Source: Utricularia gibba
Taxonomy: Eukaryota; Plantae; Magnoliophyta
Direction: 5' to 3'
NCBI GenBank assembly: GCA_002189035.1
Contig: NEEC01000013.1
Location: 2,666,001-2,730,000 of the forward strand
DNA length: 64,000 bases
The position numbers and the translations under genes are program-made. The notes below the pieces were generated by a model. The model did not search any database. It saw nothing but the letters and a program-made list of their open reading frames with translations, and was not told the DNA's origin. This document shows, piece after piece, positions 11,688-25,647 of this stretch. Position 1 is the stretch's first letter; each line of letters starts with the position of its first letter.

Positions 11688-14600
11688 TCACAGCATGGAG
11701 CTGGGAGGAGGCCCCTCTCCGGCATCGCCAGCCCTGCAGTTGCCTCTACGGAGCAGGGAATTGATCTGCTGCATTATGTTGCAGAGATGGTGGTTGACTG
11801 CCGTTACACTTGATAGATTGAGTTTCCCAGTTGCGGAAGTGTTTGCAAGAACCTGTAGTCCGATTGTCAGCAAGCAGCCGGTGTCTGATGCGTTCTTCTT
11901 CATCCCCTCCTCTGCGTTGGTGGTCTGGTTGATTGGGTGGATGATGAATCCCAGTGGGAGGAGAAGGATGCTGGATTGATTTTGTCCGTTCATCACCCTC
12001 TGAATCGCCTCCACGTCTATCGTTGCGTAGATCACCATGCTCCCTGAGTCGTCCACGGAGCTCTCCTGCAGCAGGAACTCCACGCTCTGAGACGAGTTGC
12101 TCGCTACCTGCAGCAGCAGCTCAACGAATCAGGCTTCAATGAGATGAGGGTTTTGTGGGAATTTGAAACCGTGGAGTGAGTGAGCTGACATTGGTGCGGA
12201 GGAGTGAGATGCAGTTTCCGGGATTGGAGCCATTGGCGATGTGGGCGATCTCCTGCAAGGAATTCCCATTTGAGAGAACTTCGATCTGGGCTCTGCTCCT
12301 CTCATCTCGCAAGAAGTTGAAGACGTGATCGTGCCGATACGGCAGACACGACGTGGATACGGCGCTGAGGATCAGGCAGTTGGGCTGCCCTGGCTCCGCC
12401 ACCTTCCGGGTAGTGATCCTGATAGTCTCATCAGCGGAGTCGGACAGCGCAGTCCAGGATTGTCCATAGCAGTTACTCATGTTCAGGCAAAACGTGCGTG
12501 TCATCCTCTTTGCAAGATTCATCAAACACTTCCTCCCTTCAGCTTGAAAAGCTGCAGATGCAACAAAACCTTTATAGCACGCCCCAGAAACGAGATCAGA
12601 TTAGCCGGAAACAAAGGAGAAGCAAACCTCCAAGGTCTGAAACATTTCTAGCCATGAGACTAGCGAGCCGCTCGCACTGGCTCTGGAGAACAGCCAGCCA
12701 GCGTCGGGCCCCAAAAGCCATGCCGCTACGCACAAAACCAGCAAACACTTGATGTACAGGAGAATCCTCTACCTCGACGTGCTCGATCCATGTTACCTGA
12801 ATCAGATGTGTACTGATTATCAGAAACGAACTCGGAACTCCACCCCAGTTTTAAAGAGTTTAAGGGACAGGAGATGATGCAATTACAGTTGAGTATCCAT
12901 TAGGCATGTCTTGGATAATGCATCCAGAGGGTTTTCTCTTGTAATATGGAAATGAGGGAGGGTAGCTGCTCTGGAAGCCATCCATGGGGAAATCAACGAT
13001 GACCCAAGTTCCCTCCTGTGCATTGTGCTGGCAATAACGAAGGAAATGCGCCTCCCTCGTCGGTACAAGGGGAGTAAGAGCTTGCAGCTCGGCATACATC
13101 TATTAAAGACATGCGTGTCAGCGAATGCAGACTACTTGCCTTGCATTAAAACAATGTGTTTACCAGATGAAGAGAGCCACTAGAGTGATCAGAAGCCTCA
13201 GAGTGCACAACTTGAAGAGTTTTCGCCCTAGAGACTATGGAAGGGAACAGTTCCATCCACTGGTTCTGCAAAGAGAGGAGAAGAAGAAGAGGAATTCAGC
13301 TTGGTCTAAGATATTTTGCATTAGAAATGCATTTGTACTTACTGCATCAAGAAAAGCATCAACCAGAGTGATGCTGTTCATTATAACAACAGCTGTGCCC
13401 TTAGTCGCCTCGATCCTGAATTTTCCACTCTGCTGCTTGGCGTTCGGAGACCATGAAAACATTCTGTTGTACTCCTCCACATTCAGAACAAGGCTACCGG
13501 AATCTGGTGACCGGATCCACAGCGGCTCGCCGACGCTACACATCTTCACAAGCTCATTTATGGAGGAAACCGCTAGCTCCAGCGCAAGCGATTTCTCTTC
13601 GTCCATGATCAGTGGAGTCGGAGCGAAATGGGAACTTTCAGGGACAAAAGGAAGAGGGATCATGTGATCAGAAGGGCAGCCAGTCATGTTATCTTGCTCG
13701 AACTTCCTAGGAAATGGAGACATGTCGAGCTCCAGTGATGGGGCGCCAATAAGAGGACCTGGCCCTGGCCTGGGAGTCGAATGACCCGCGTACTGTGAAA
13801 TGAGGCAGCAGACGCGCTCATACTGCGTGAAGGAAAGCAACAAATCCATCAAAATGATCATTGAGAAGAAAGCACTTTCAAAGATGCAAACACTATTGAC
13901 AAACTTCTTTTGTGTGGACAAGCTAGAAGCACAAACCTCCTCCTTCAGACGAGCATTTTCGATGCGCAGTTGATGCTCATCGAACCCCATCTCTCCAAGC
14001 ATCGCTGCCCCACCACAACTAGGGCATACCACATTTCTCAGCGACGCTTGTAGCCTGTAATTCTCGTTCCTGAGGCCCTCGTTCTCCGCCCTTAACACAA
14101 CATTCTCCTGCCTGTCTTGTTGCGCCTGACAACAAGTAATAAAATAGAGTTAGTCTAACAAAATACAGACTCTTTTGTGATAATGGGATCTTTCTTTTGT
14201 TGCTGATTGATGATTGAGATCCATGCTATCGACAAGAAACCCTAATAACTGCGCATTAAAAGGGGTTCGTAGGGTTGACTGCACAAAGCCAACCATGCAC
14301 ATTTATGGCTGTGCAGGAGTTGAAAGAAACCTCAGAAGTTAATGCTATCGTTGTTAAAATGCGCCCCCTTTCTTATCCTACGCTGCTACCACCCAGATAC
14401 TTCAATGGCGATGCTTAGTTGGCATTTCAAATATAGCATTAAAATAAACGCTGGTTGCTACCTTCAACTGGGTCCGACGGTTTTGGAACCAGAACTTCAC
14501 TTGCCGTGGTTTAAGCCCGAGATCTTGGCTGAGTTTCAGTCTCTGCTTATCGTCTGGATGCGGGCATTCCTTGAACAATCTGAATACATTACGATGGATT

Positions 14601-15039
14601 ACTCATCTGAATTTTCTTAAAAAAAGAGGAATGGGGGAAAAAAATGGAGCTTACGCTTCCATTTCTTGGATCTGTCGAGGCGTGTGGCGGTGATAGCGTT
14701 TCTTCTTCGCCGGCGGCTGCTGCTGTTCTGCTTCCTGATCGTTGCCTGAAGCCCCTTCAATGTGTTCACTTCCAGAGCCGCTCTCCAGCATCTCCTCCTT
14801 GTTTTTCCCAACTCCATTCTCCTCTTTCTACACAAGAAAAGAAGGCAAATGTGGATACTGAAATAAGAAAAGAAAAGCAAGCCGTAATCATCTCGTACTG
14901 GAACCATAGGAGCGAAGATGTTGAATGGGTTGATGGCAGACATGAACCCGAAGTTCTGGTTCTGCAGAAGCGAGTTCTCTGTAGAAATCGCCATGGCGTT
15001 GCCTCCCATTGTTGACAGAACTTGACAGTCTCCATACAT
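11688..15039 (-). CDS. HDG5: HD-ZIP class IV homeobox-START transcription factor (HDG5/ROC3-like)
   Basis: [14 protein letters not shown] start; homeodomain [18 protein letters not shown]|[39 protein letters not shown]; zipper-loop-zipper [17 protein letters not shown]; START domain [16 protein letters not shown]; C-terminal [10 protein letters not shown]. Confidence 0.93.
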
Positions 15040-15166
15040 TTCTTCCTCCCCCACTGAAATAACAGAGAAAGAACAAGGGTTTGTACGGAATCTCTAGAAA
15101 GATCAAAACCTAGTCTCCTTTCTCCCTGCGTACGAACGAACTCCCACCTCAAAAACCCAAGCAGAG

Positions 15167-15208
15167 CTTCTTCTTCCTCCTCCTCCTCCTCCTCCTCCTC
15201 CTCCTCCT
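15167..15208. repeat. (CTT)/(CCT)n microsatellite upstream of the HD-ZIP IV start
   Basis: cttcttcttcctcctcctcc... run read directly. Confidence 0.9.
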
Positions 15209-17169
15209 TCCCTCGAAACTCCTTTAATGCCGTGCCTCTGCCCTTCTTCTACCCCCCACCGTAACAGTAAATGTGACTTTTTTTACCGGGGTTTAATGCG
15301 AGCTTTAACTGCGGATGTGAGAAACCGACGAAACGGCGAGCGAATTCTGTATGGGGCGGGGCACGTGGCGGCCTGCTGCTGACATGTAGAACCGCGTTTT
15401 ATTCCTTTGTAACGCCAACCTGTCCAAAAAGTCAAAATCTCCTTTTCTTCTTTTCCCAACGGAATTTGGGGGTTTACTGTACGCATTTGTTTATTCAATT
15501 AAATAAAAGTTGGAGATAAGAAGCTATTTTCTATTCAACAGTCAATGAATGATTTCCGGATCATTTAGCAAATCATGAGGCACAAAACAAAACATGTCTA
15601 CTCTCCTTTTGTAATAACTATACCATAAAAAAAGCATGAAATGAAATGAAAAAAAATAATGTCATTAATCTCTAATGTTTACTTAAATCATATAATTTCT
15701 ACTTAAAAATATTGTTTTCATGTGAACTACTTATAGTTGGTTACTAATGTTTCAAAATCGATAAAAAATAGCTTTAATTATTTAAACTATAGACAACATT
15801 AACCACTAATTTAAAGCAATAATTTTTTCATTCAATTCAATTTTACTATTTTGGATCCAAATACTCATTAACATTGGAACCATTTGATGTTACTACTCTC
15901 ACTTGTGAAAACTAGAAAAATACACATCCGTATTTTTAAGAATTTTTAAGAATCAAAATCAACATTTAGTTCTATAATGTTCGGATGCTTCGATTTACTT
16001 TCAATGTTTAGTCGTATTAAAATCTTATATTACATGTCAATTATTACACATGCGTTATCGTTTATTATTTGTAGATCTACAATGATGAGTGAAAAATCTC
16101 AAATAGATGGAGGAAACAATGCATATCAACCATCTTTTGGCGGATTCATGAATATTGCTTGAAAGGTAAGAGTCTTTCACTTAGAAGTTCAATGCTACTT
16201 GATCTCTTTGTGCGCATCCATTGCTATTTCATCCTTTTTGTAATGGTGTGTTTGTCGTTATTTAAAATAGATCGATCGCTCAATTATGAAGGAAAGATTA
16301 TGATAACATCCCGTGCGTATCAAAGTCTAGTAATGAGACTTGTAAGAAGGGGGCGAAACTCAATAGAAATAGTTAAAATTTTCAAAATTTTTTAAAAAAT
16401 TAATCTAAAAAATATATGTTTAGAGAGAATTCAAAGACTTTCCACATGAAAATTCCTTTTCATATGAACCATTGAAAACCTTTCCATATGCATACTTCTG
16501 ATACACATTGTAATGACTATTAGTTAGTCAACAATTTTCATAAAATTTAAATAAATTTATTTTGTTTGATATTCTAATTTGTTTCATATTAGATTCTTGG
16601 AAGTATCATGTTTTTACATGTCATAAAAAAAATCTCTATGATCATAAATAATAAGATAGTAAGAGGGCCCAAAATGCGTTATGGGCGGTGGAGTTCAATC
16701 TATTGCAATGCCATGTGCGGTAATTTATTCTACGACAACATGTAAGAATATACAGGGCACAGCTGGAAATGCGCATTCCATTTATTGATTTCTTCACCTC
16801 ACATACTCGTTATAGTAATTTTCTTATTTTAAATGATTAACATATATTTTTTGATCTGTAAGTTTTAATGATTAATATGATAATATAATTTATCATTTAA
16901 TATCGAATTTAGTCACGATGTATTTTATGCATCAATAAATATTGATTAAATTAATCGAATTAAATTTGAGAATAGTTTTCAAACAATATTATTAAAAATT
17001 AATTTAATTTCGTTTTTAAAATATTAAATTGGCAGGGTTATCATGGGCTCAGGAGGTTGAGGTTGATGGACCCATTGGAGGAGCCCAGTTACTATTATTG
17101 GCCTATACCGAAGCCCAGAGGAATGTTTTAAGTTTTTATTTTTATTTAAAGAAATAATCTTGATTAATT

Positions 17170-18300
17170 TCAACTCTCTCACCTGTGTCCCGGCCTACCG
17201 CTAACTTCTGGTGGTTGGCGGCGATGGCAGTGCCGTTGGGAATGGGAATGGGCCATTACAGGACTGTACTCATAGCCGGAGCAGGTATGCTTCGATGAAT
17301 ACATGTCGCTGTGATCTCCGATCATCTAGGTGTTTTTTTGTTTTGGAATTATGTACTGGAACCGTACTGGTGAAAAATGGTAGTCAATTGTCTTTGAGAA
17401 TTACGTCACTAAATTTTTCTGGATTTCCAGATTTACTGGTTTTGTAGTCAGTTGCGTGGGTTAGCTGGTTGTAGATGATTAATTTTCTTTTTTTTTTTTC
17501 CATGTGTTTGATATTGTGCAGGATGTCAAACTCCCTTCAATAGAGAACAAGCTGGTGATGCATTCTCTGAAGGATATATGCATCTATTGCAGCTACATAC
17601 ATTTTTGTGTTCGTTGAAAGCTTCTTTCTTATCCCATCATGTGCTGCTTATTTAGGAACTTGCCTATGCTGGAGTCATGTATTTGTGTGATGTTGTCAAT
17701 GGAAGAATGCCAAAAACGCCTCAGGCTCGTCACTGATCCTTCTTTTTCGTGTTATGCATTCTAATTGGAGCAACATATCTCGGTTGGGTTCTCTGTGCAG
17801 GAGCAACTCATAGTTACTTGAATTCAATTGGTACCTCCGTAGCATATCACAAAGAACCAGAACACGTTTTTTTTGGTTTTCCGGTTTGTTTACAGTCTCT
17901 GGGATTCTCATTGCCATCTCCAATGTCAACAGGGTCTCCGAGGCTTTGCTGATGTTGCGTTGCTTTTAACAGATGGAAGCCAGCAAGATGCTTCCTCCGT
18001 CAAGCCAAAACATAGCCTAACAAGGTAAACTAAATGAAGCTGCCCCTTTAAGCCAAATTTGCAAACTCGTGATTTCTCATTATCATCTTCAGCTCATGCT
18101 TTAATGATGGGGATGATGCCACTCTGTTTTGAAGATCATTAGTAGGATTAGATTTCAATAAATGCACAAGGGAGAACCGAGCCTGTGGAAGAGTTGACCA
18201 GTGCAGTTGGCTGAAAGCGGTCTATTAGCAGTGCTAGGAGAGGGACAGGGTGTGAACTTTGCTTGTTAAACCGAGTAAATAGTCCTATACAATTGATTGA
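17170..18300 (+). other. Putative multi-exon transcribed locus of unknown coding status
   Basis: Donors GT at 17285, 17831 and 18025; pyrimidine-tract acceptors ending 17521, 17655, 17800, 17895 and 18092; GCCCA site-II-like motifs upstream. No recognisable protein could be assembled. Confidence 0.45.
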
Positions 18301-18494
18301 AAGTTACGGATGCCTGATAGATTTTACTGATTAACAACCCCTCTGTTCATAACTTGCACCCAAAGGATGTCTGTATACAGAAACCAGCACATGGGGATCA
18401 AGATTTTGCATTACCCCGTTTTTATTGCACTAGAACACAGATCTGGCTTGTTTCCCAGGCTTAAAACATCAAACACAAAGCCTAGTTTTACAAG

Positions 18495-19756
18495 TTAGAC
18501 ATCCGGATGCAACTGGCTGCTGCTTCTCTTGACTTCGATCTCCATGCTCTCCTTCCTCTGGGCCATGATCCTCTTGGTAGACTTGTAGAACATACCATAC
18601 AGCAACAGCTGCGCCGCCCCGAGAACCGCACCTATCCCATTTGGTATCTGTGGATGGAATGGAGAACAAGTTCAGAACATAAGAGCTCATTTCGCAGGTT
18701 TATGTAACAGGGCAGAGGTGTGTCTTACAAGGATGAAGGGATCGAACTTGATGAAAGCATAACATGTCCAGCAAACCCCGTTCAGACAAGAGAACAAGGA
18801 CAGGTAAAATGGCATGAACTCCACACTCTTAGTGGTCACCACCATTTTCTGCAATGTGCCAGAGGAAAAGAAAGAGTTGAATTCATTTTGGGGTGAAGAA
18901 CAGAAACAGTGTATTCATTGAATGACTTCACCAGAAGAAACTCCATTAAATAATGGTTTATTTGTGTTGTTGGTGGATAAATGGAGATGACGTACCATGA
19001 CAGAGAGGGGGAAGCATACATGAGTATGTTGCCGGCCATGCAGATGCTCCCAACAATTGTCGACCGGAGTTTCGTCGTGTGCGCTAAATTTAGGACGCAA
19101 ACCGCCACCGCCGCCATGAAGGCGCACTCGGCAGCCGCCACCGCTGCCACCGTCGCCCGTTTCTTCCCCTTGGAGAAGAGCATGAACACCGACAGAAAAA
19201 CTATCTCTATCACGAAGCCCGCCCCGTTGATCGTCACCACCAACATGCTGTTGGGGTGCACGATCGGCAACCCGTACAGCACCCATAACCCGCAGTTTAC
19301 GAACGTCGCCAAGTACGGCACCGCTGAGTATTGCTCCACCGATCTCTTCCGCCATATCCTGTAAAACGTCGGCCTGGAACCCAGAAAGATTCAATCCCCA
19401 TTGTTAGTCAAAAAGTAGTTCATTAAACACATTGCAACATTTCCCATTCCTTTTTCGTTTGAATCGAATTGTCCGTTTCGTTTTTTCGAAAAATCATTCA
19501 CAACACAATCCAGAAAAAGCAGTTCTTTTAAGAAAGGAATCAAGAACTTTACATTGGGGAGAGAAAAAGCACGAGGGCAATCGCATTTCCTGCAACCACA
19601 AGTAAGGAAACGAAACGACCATGAGTGTACGGAATCAGAAGACAACCACCGGTGTGTGCTGTTAGTTAGTCAAGTGATGTGTGCTGCTGAACATAACCGG
19701 AATCAGAACGGACCGATTATTCCGACGGCGGTCCGAGCTTCATCCTTGGCCAACAT
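18495..19756 (-). CDS. SWEET sugar transporter, clade II (SWEET4-7-like); apparent frameshift at G5 19007-19011
   Basis: [15 protein letters not shown]|[11 protein letters not shown]|[26 protein letters not shown]...MYASP(LSVM)|[14 protein letters not shown]|[17 protein letters not shown]; two MtN3 repeats. Confidence 0.93.
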
Positions 19757-21544
19757 CTTCACACCCCCCAAACCGAAGAAGAAGAAGAAGAAGAAAGAAG
19801 AAGCAGCAGCAGCAGAGGAGAGAATTGAAGGAGACTTTACAGATCAAATGGGTCTACGCCTCTCGAACTTTTATAGCAGCAAGAGGGGGGAGCGGGTCCT
19901 TTTCACCCTTTTTGTAAAAAAGCAAGATTTTGTACATAAGAACGCTAGCACCATTATGATCCGTACAACCAGGATTCTGCGACGAATTTGATTTGATTAT
20001 GAGAAAATCTGATTCTGAAACTTGGATGACGTGGGCCTTCTGGTAATCACAGGAGATAACCAGGAGATGAGAAACACCACCCCCGCTGTCACTTGCATGA
20101 CATGTACTGGTTGCTCATGCAAATGACACCACGGGAGGGATCTGGGAATCAAATGTGGCACTCCCTCCAACGCTGTCGACGTGAAAACACCGAAACACCC
20201 ACCGCCTGAATCCCTCGCATCTCGCCGGAGACGAGGGTACAACAGTCATTCCTCCCCTCCGCATTCAATTGCCTTATGTCACTACTCCCAAAAACTGTTA
20301 TCCAAGCCCTCTCTATTGATGAAAAGACGGAAAACCCCAGGCCAGAACACCCTGTGTTCGTGTTTTCGGCCTCGGGTGGGGGTACGATGGACATTTCAGG
20401 AAGGTCTGCGGTACTTGAATGAATGACCCAGTAAATTCAAGTCCCAAAGCCCTTCAACATCCTTATCCACCCACCCCATACAAAAATAATCAGGATTCCC
20501 AGGTAGGAAATAAACGGGAATTTTTTAAAAAAATTAACCATCCTAATATTCTACTACAAACTAATACTAAAATTTTACGTATAAAATGGTTATTTTTCAC
20601 ACATACTAAAATTAACATAGTTACCTTTCAAAATCATCAAAATAAACGCTTAAGTGACGTCATCCGTAGAAAAATATATAGATTAAAGAAATAAAAAAAA
20701 ACTCAAGAGGTTGACCAATCGGGATTGGAGGATTAAATGCCGGCTTCAAGAGATTAACATATTTTAATATAAAAATTATATATTATAATGCGTTTACTTT
20801 ACAAGTTTAAATAAAATAGCCATTTTCAGAGGATTTTGTTTAAATTTACATCCTCTTGCTTTTACTTAATTCTTTATATGTATAGTAGTACGTAATAATA
20901 TATATTTGAATTATTTATATTTACATAAGCATATATTATGTGATTAATATTAAAAAAATTTTGGTACATACATTTTAAATATATGTGTTTACAACAACAT
21001 TGTATTTGATAAATGTGTTTAAAACAAATAATTTATAAATTGAGGTATTTAACAAAACACATCTAAAATTTGAGTAGTTTTCTAAAAAAATCATGTAATA
21101 TTAAATTAGTCTATCAAATATATATTGTTATTAACGATATATAAACAGTAAAACCAATCTACCAAACATGCAATAAAATGAGAATGATTTTGTTAACAAT
21201 CATATTTTATAACTTATACATATCACAAAAATATTATATTAATGTATACATTCTATTTTATATTAATATAATAGTTCAAATATATTTATATTTGATTCAA
21301 AAATTATACTATTTTTATAATCGTATCACATAAGATATCCTCCCAACCTTTTCACAGAATTGAAATGGTTTTCATAAATCAATCTTGACAAAAAATATTT
21401 GAAAATTATAAACATTTTTTTTTTCAATTGTAATCTAAATACAATATACAAAATGAACCCCTACGTAGCAATTGCATCTAATAATCACCCTAATAAATTA
21501 ATTGTTTTTTATTCCAATCGCTAGTGGTCAACCGACACAACCCC

Positions 21545-21616
21545 TTAATATGGAGGGGTTGTGTTTTGTTTGATTAATATGGAGGGGTTGTGTTTTGTTT
21601 GATTAATATGGAGGGT
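21545..21616. repeat. 29-nt tandem repeat, about 2.5 copies
   Basis: ttaatatggaggggttgtgttttgtttga at 21545-21573 and 21574-21602, plus a partial third copy from 21603. Confidence 0.9.
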
Positions 21617-22838
21617 TTTGGTAAGAAACAAAATATTGTTTATATGTTTAGTTAGTTGATTAAATTATGTGTGGGTAAAAAAAACAATTCATTAAAATTA
21701 TGCAATAAAAAGATAAAAATAACCCCAAAGAAGGGTTGAATTTTTTTTAACCCCAAATAAAAGTAAACCCACCTATTCCTTTCTATCTAACTCAACCCAC
21801 GCTTAGAGTGTAATAAATTAATTGTAGAGGGAATAAATAGGCGTGCCAAACTGCCAAAGAGTTGGGTTGATACTCTGTCACCTGACATCGACACTATGAA
21901 TATTCTGAATCAAAGTAAACCAGTTGACTCCATTTTTAATTCAATTTTCTTTCTTCGAAAATTTGTTCGAATGGGTACTCCTTGTTGCGTGCGTCTCCAA
22001 GGATATATTTTTGCTTCGAGTGGGTGATCAATTTTAGTCTGTGTTTTAAAATAAAATGCATTTGAATAACGAATCGGTTATGATATAAGTTATGGTTAAG
22101 GGTTTGTTCTGTAATTTGAAACCGTGTCTAAAGTAGAGTTAATTGTAAAATTGTTTTGTGTTATATTATAAATTTTAATATATTTAATTATTATATAATT
22201 ATAAATATATTTTTAAAAATAAATATTTACAATTTTTTTAAATAATATTTTATTTAATCACTAGAAATTCGATAATGTCTGATTTCAGAAAATTATATAC
22301 ACCGAACATGCCCTAAATTTGACGAAGTTGTGATTAAAGCTACAAAGAGTTGCTTATTTTTTTCTTTTTTGGGCTTTTATTGCTGGAATCCGGCCCAAGC
22401 GAGATGAAACCGGATCCAGCTTGCGGTAATGAAGACCGGACCGACCATCAGTGAAGTGGCGCGAGGCCCAAATACGGCCCTACTATTGCTTGCTGTGTTG
22501 TAGAGGATAAAAACGGCGTCGTATTGAGTAATTATCAAAGTGAACAAGAGTCGTGTTGGAGAGAGAGAGAAACGAGTTTATTAGGTATTATCCAAAATAA
22601 GTTGTGACGCATTTTTTTCCTGAATGTTTGTTGTGGGGCCACCACTTTTGGGTTGGGCATCCAATCACAACGCAGTATTTCAGCTTCTTTTCTTTCTGCG
22701 CTCTCCTTGATTTGGAAGGGAGGAGATAGTGGCGTTTTGTTGTTCCCTGGGGGGTGCAATTGGCAGCTGGGTTTCGGAGATCTCATCCTCCGGTTCTGCA
22801 CTTCCTTCCCTCCTGATTCGCTCTAGCTCTAGTCCAGA

Positions 22839-25647
22839 ATGGCTATAATAAGGAAGATCCGTTTCACGGAGAAGATCTTTATGGTTTTAGCGTTTCTCTG
22901 TGGACTGATTCTGAACACAGTTTCATCTGCGCCGGAAGAGGCTCTTGTCACACGACTTCCTGGCTTTGATGGCGCTTTTCCTTCTAAACACTATGGCGGG
23001 TAATGAGTAAACCCTTCAGGGCTTTCACGGTGTCTATGATTTCCTGATTCGTTACTCGGGTTTGCGATTTTGGAGCTTTTCTTGATGTTTTGTAACTGGG
23101 CTTTGGTAATGGTAGGTACATAACCGTAAACGATACGTATGGGAAGAAACTGTACTACTACTTTGTTGAGTCGGAAAGCAACCCATCTACGGACCCAGTT
23201 GTGCTCTGGCTTAACGGTGGCCCTGGTTGCTCCAGTTTTGATGCGTTCGTCTATGAGCATGGTGATAATCACTTTCTTTGCACCTTGCATTTTTATGTCT
23301 AGGGATGTAGGATATCCTTCTGTTGCAGAGAGTTAAACAGTAACATTGTTATGATGCATGCTTGATCACAAATGAAGTCTATGTCGGATGCTCCAGCGTT
23401 ACTGCTGTGAGCTTTTTTTTTTTCTTTTGCAGTGAAATATTCAATCTGATGCAAAATCTCAATTTCGTTTCAGGTCCTTTCAGCTTTGAAGCTGGACATC
23501 CTCGTGGTAGCTTACCAACCCTGCATCTCAATCCTCACAGCTGGTCTAAGGTAAAGGAAGATTCTAATCTTTGTTTCGAATCATAAGATTGGTGATTCGT
23601 GTAGTGGATCTAGTCTTTGCTTTTTGTACGCGGATACATTCTCCTCCATGTTGTCAGCATCTAGCATTGTTTTACAGGATTTCTTCCTCAAACTTACACT
23701 TTTGATATGAATATTGAAGGCCTCAAGCGTTATATATCTAGATTCCCCAGCTGGTGTTGGATTTTCTTACTCGGGAAACATATCTGATTACATCACGGGA
23801 GATTTAAAGACAGCTTCTGAATCTCACATCTTTCTCCTCAAGGTGAATGAACTAAACCTGATTTTGAACATGATAAGATTCATATTTCTAAAACTCAGCT
23901 CAAAATCTTGTCCGGCTAGTGGTTTGAGCTCTACCCCGAATTCTTGTCAAATCCATTTTTTATATCTGGAGAGTCGTACGCTGGAATATATGTACCAACA
24001 TTGTCCTATGAAGTAGCTAGAGGTAACAAGCTGCATGTCGTGTGGTTCACCTTTGATAAGAGCGAGCCTGTATTAGGAAGCATTTCATTCTTTTGCAGGA
24101 ATTGATGCTGGTATAAACCCGATTCTGAACTTTAAGGTACACGAAGGCTTGCCCTGTTTAGATGAAATGTGCAGAAAGTGAATTCAGGAAATTGCAGGGA
24201 TACCTGGTGGGTAATGGAGTAGCAGATGATGTGTTCGATGGCAACGCTCTTGTTCCCTTTGCACATGGAATGGGACTCATTTCTGATCAGCTTTTTGAGG
24301 TATGTTGCTCGGTTTCTATTCTTCCAACGAAGCAAACAACACCAAGGGGGAGGTTGATCTGCTGTATCGTTTTTCAGGAAGTTTCTGCTGCATGCACAGG
24401 TAGCTACTACAAACCAACAAATGTGATCTGTGCAAGCAAGCTTGCAAAAGTTGATCAGGTGAGCTCTGTGATATCTGGTTGATGACTGTGTTGCTTGTGT
24501 TAAACATTCCTTAATGAATGAAATCAGGAAATCGAGAATCTCAACATATACGATATTCTGGAGCCATGCTACCACAATCCATTGACTCAGATCCAAAATG
24601 AGGTTACAAGCACACTACCTCTGAGCTTCAGGACACTGGGAGAGACACAAAGGCATTTACCTGTTAGAAAAAGAATGTTCGGGCGGGCATGGCCTTATCG
24701 AGCTCCTGTGAGAAGCGGTTATGTTCCCACATGGCCGCAGATTATGGATGGCATAAGTGTCCCCTGCACCGTAAGAATTCTCTACAAAAATCTATGTCAA
24801 GATAGCAAGTTTTTGCACTTACTTTGAGTGACAATGTAGAGTGATGAAGTTGCTGACGCATGGCTGAATAATGAAGAAGTTAGGAAGGCTATTCATGCTG
24901 AAAGCGTAAGACACCAGACTTGCATCGACTATGCATTCCTTTGGTTTCTTTGAGGAAAATTTGAACCTGAAATGACATTTCATTCAGACAAGCGTTTCTG
25001 GAAAATGGGATCTCTGCACTGATAGAATCTCGTTTTTCCATGATGCTGGTAGCATGATAAAGTATCACAAGAACCTAACTTTACAAGGCTACCGAGCCCT
25101 CATCTTCAGGTACCATTTCGTCTTATTTCAATCTAGTTTTTAAAGGTTGGAGCATGGAGATTTTGCTTCATTGGTTGCAAGTTTTACATCAAAATCAAAA
25201 GGACCAAGTCTCCATACTCTGTGGTTACATACGAATAGCAGCCTTTTACTTGTTGGGCAGTGGGGATCATGATATGTGCGTCCCTTTCACTGGAAGTGAA
25301 GCATGGACTCGATCACTGGGATACAAAACACTGGATGAGTGGCGTCCATGGAATGTCAATGACCAAGTTGCCGGGTCAGTTGCTCGTTTTTTCCACAAGG
25401 GGCATCATCCTCATCCTCTTGAAACCAGCGTCATCCAGTTATATCACATTGCAGGTACATTCAGGAGTACGACAACAACCTCACATTCCTGACCGTCAAG
25501 GTAAGGGCTATGCTTATACTTTGGCATCAAGATTGGCTTCGATCTCAATCTTAATCATACCAGGGAGCTGGACATACAGTTCCGGAGTACAAACCTGCGG
25601 AGGCATTAGCATTTTACACACGATTCCTTCAGGGGCGGAAGATTTGA
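22839..25647 (+). CDS. Serine carboxypeptidase-like, clade IA/IB (SCPL20-like)
   Basis: Signal peptide, then [51 protein letters not shown] catalytic Ser motif, [33 protein letters not shown] and RFLQGRKI*. Confidence 0.93.

Noticed and set aside
13823-13936. In-frame, stop-free 114-nt intron in HD-ZIP IV (and a 78-nt one in SCPL20 at 24300-24377) as possible exitrons
   Set aside because: Canonical GT-AG ends at conserved positions and non-family translations; with over 100 short introns in the window a few such cases are expected by chance.
21545-21616. Direct repeats as a CRISPR-like array
   Set aside because: The units are adjacent with no spacers, there are no cas genes, and the context is a plant nuclear genome.
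23312-23319. ATATCCTT motifs (also at 32333 and on the minus strand near 57913) as U12-type intron donors
   Set aside because: They fall inside ordinary GT-AG introns or 3' flanks, and no matching U12 branch site or exon phase requires them.
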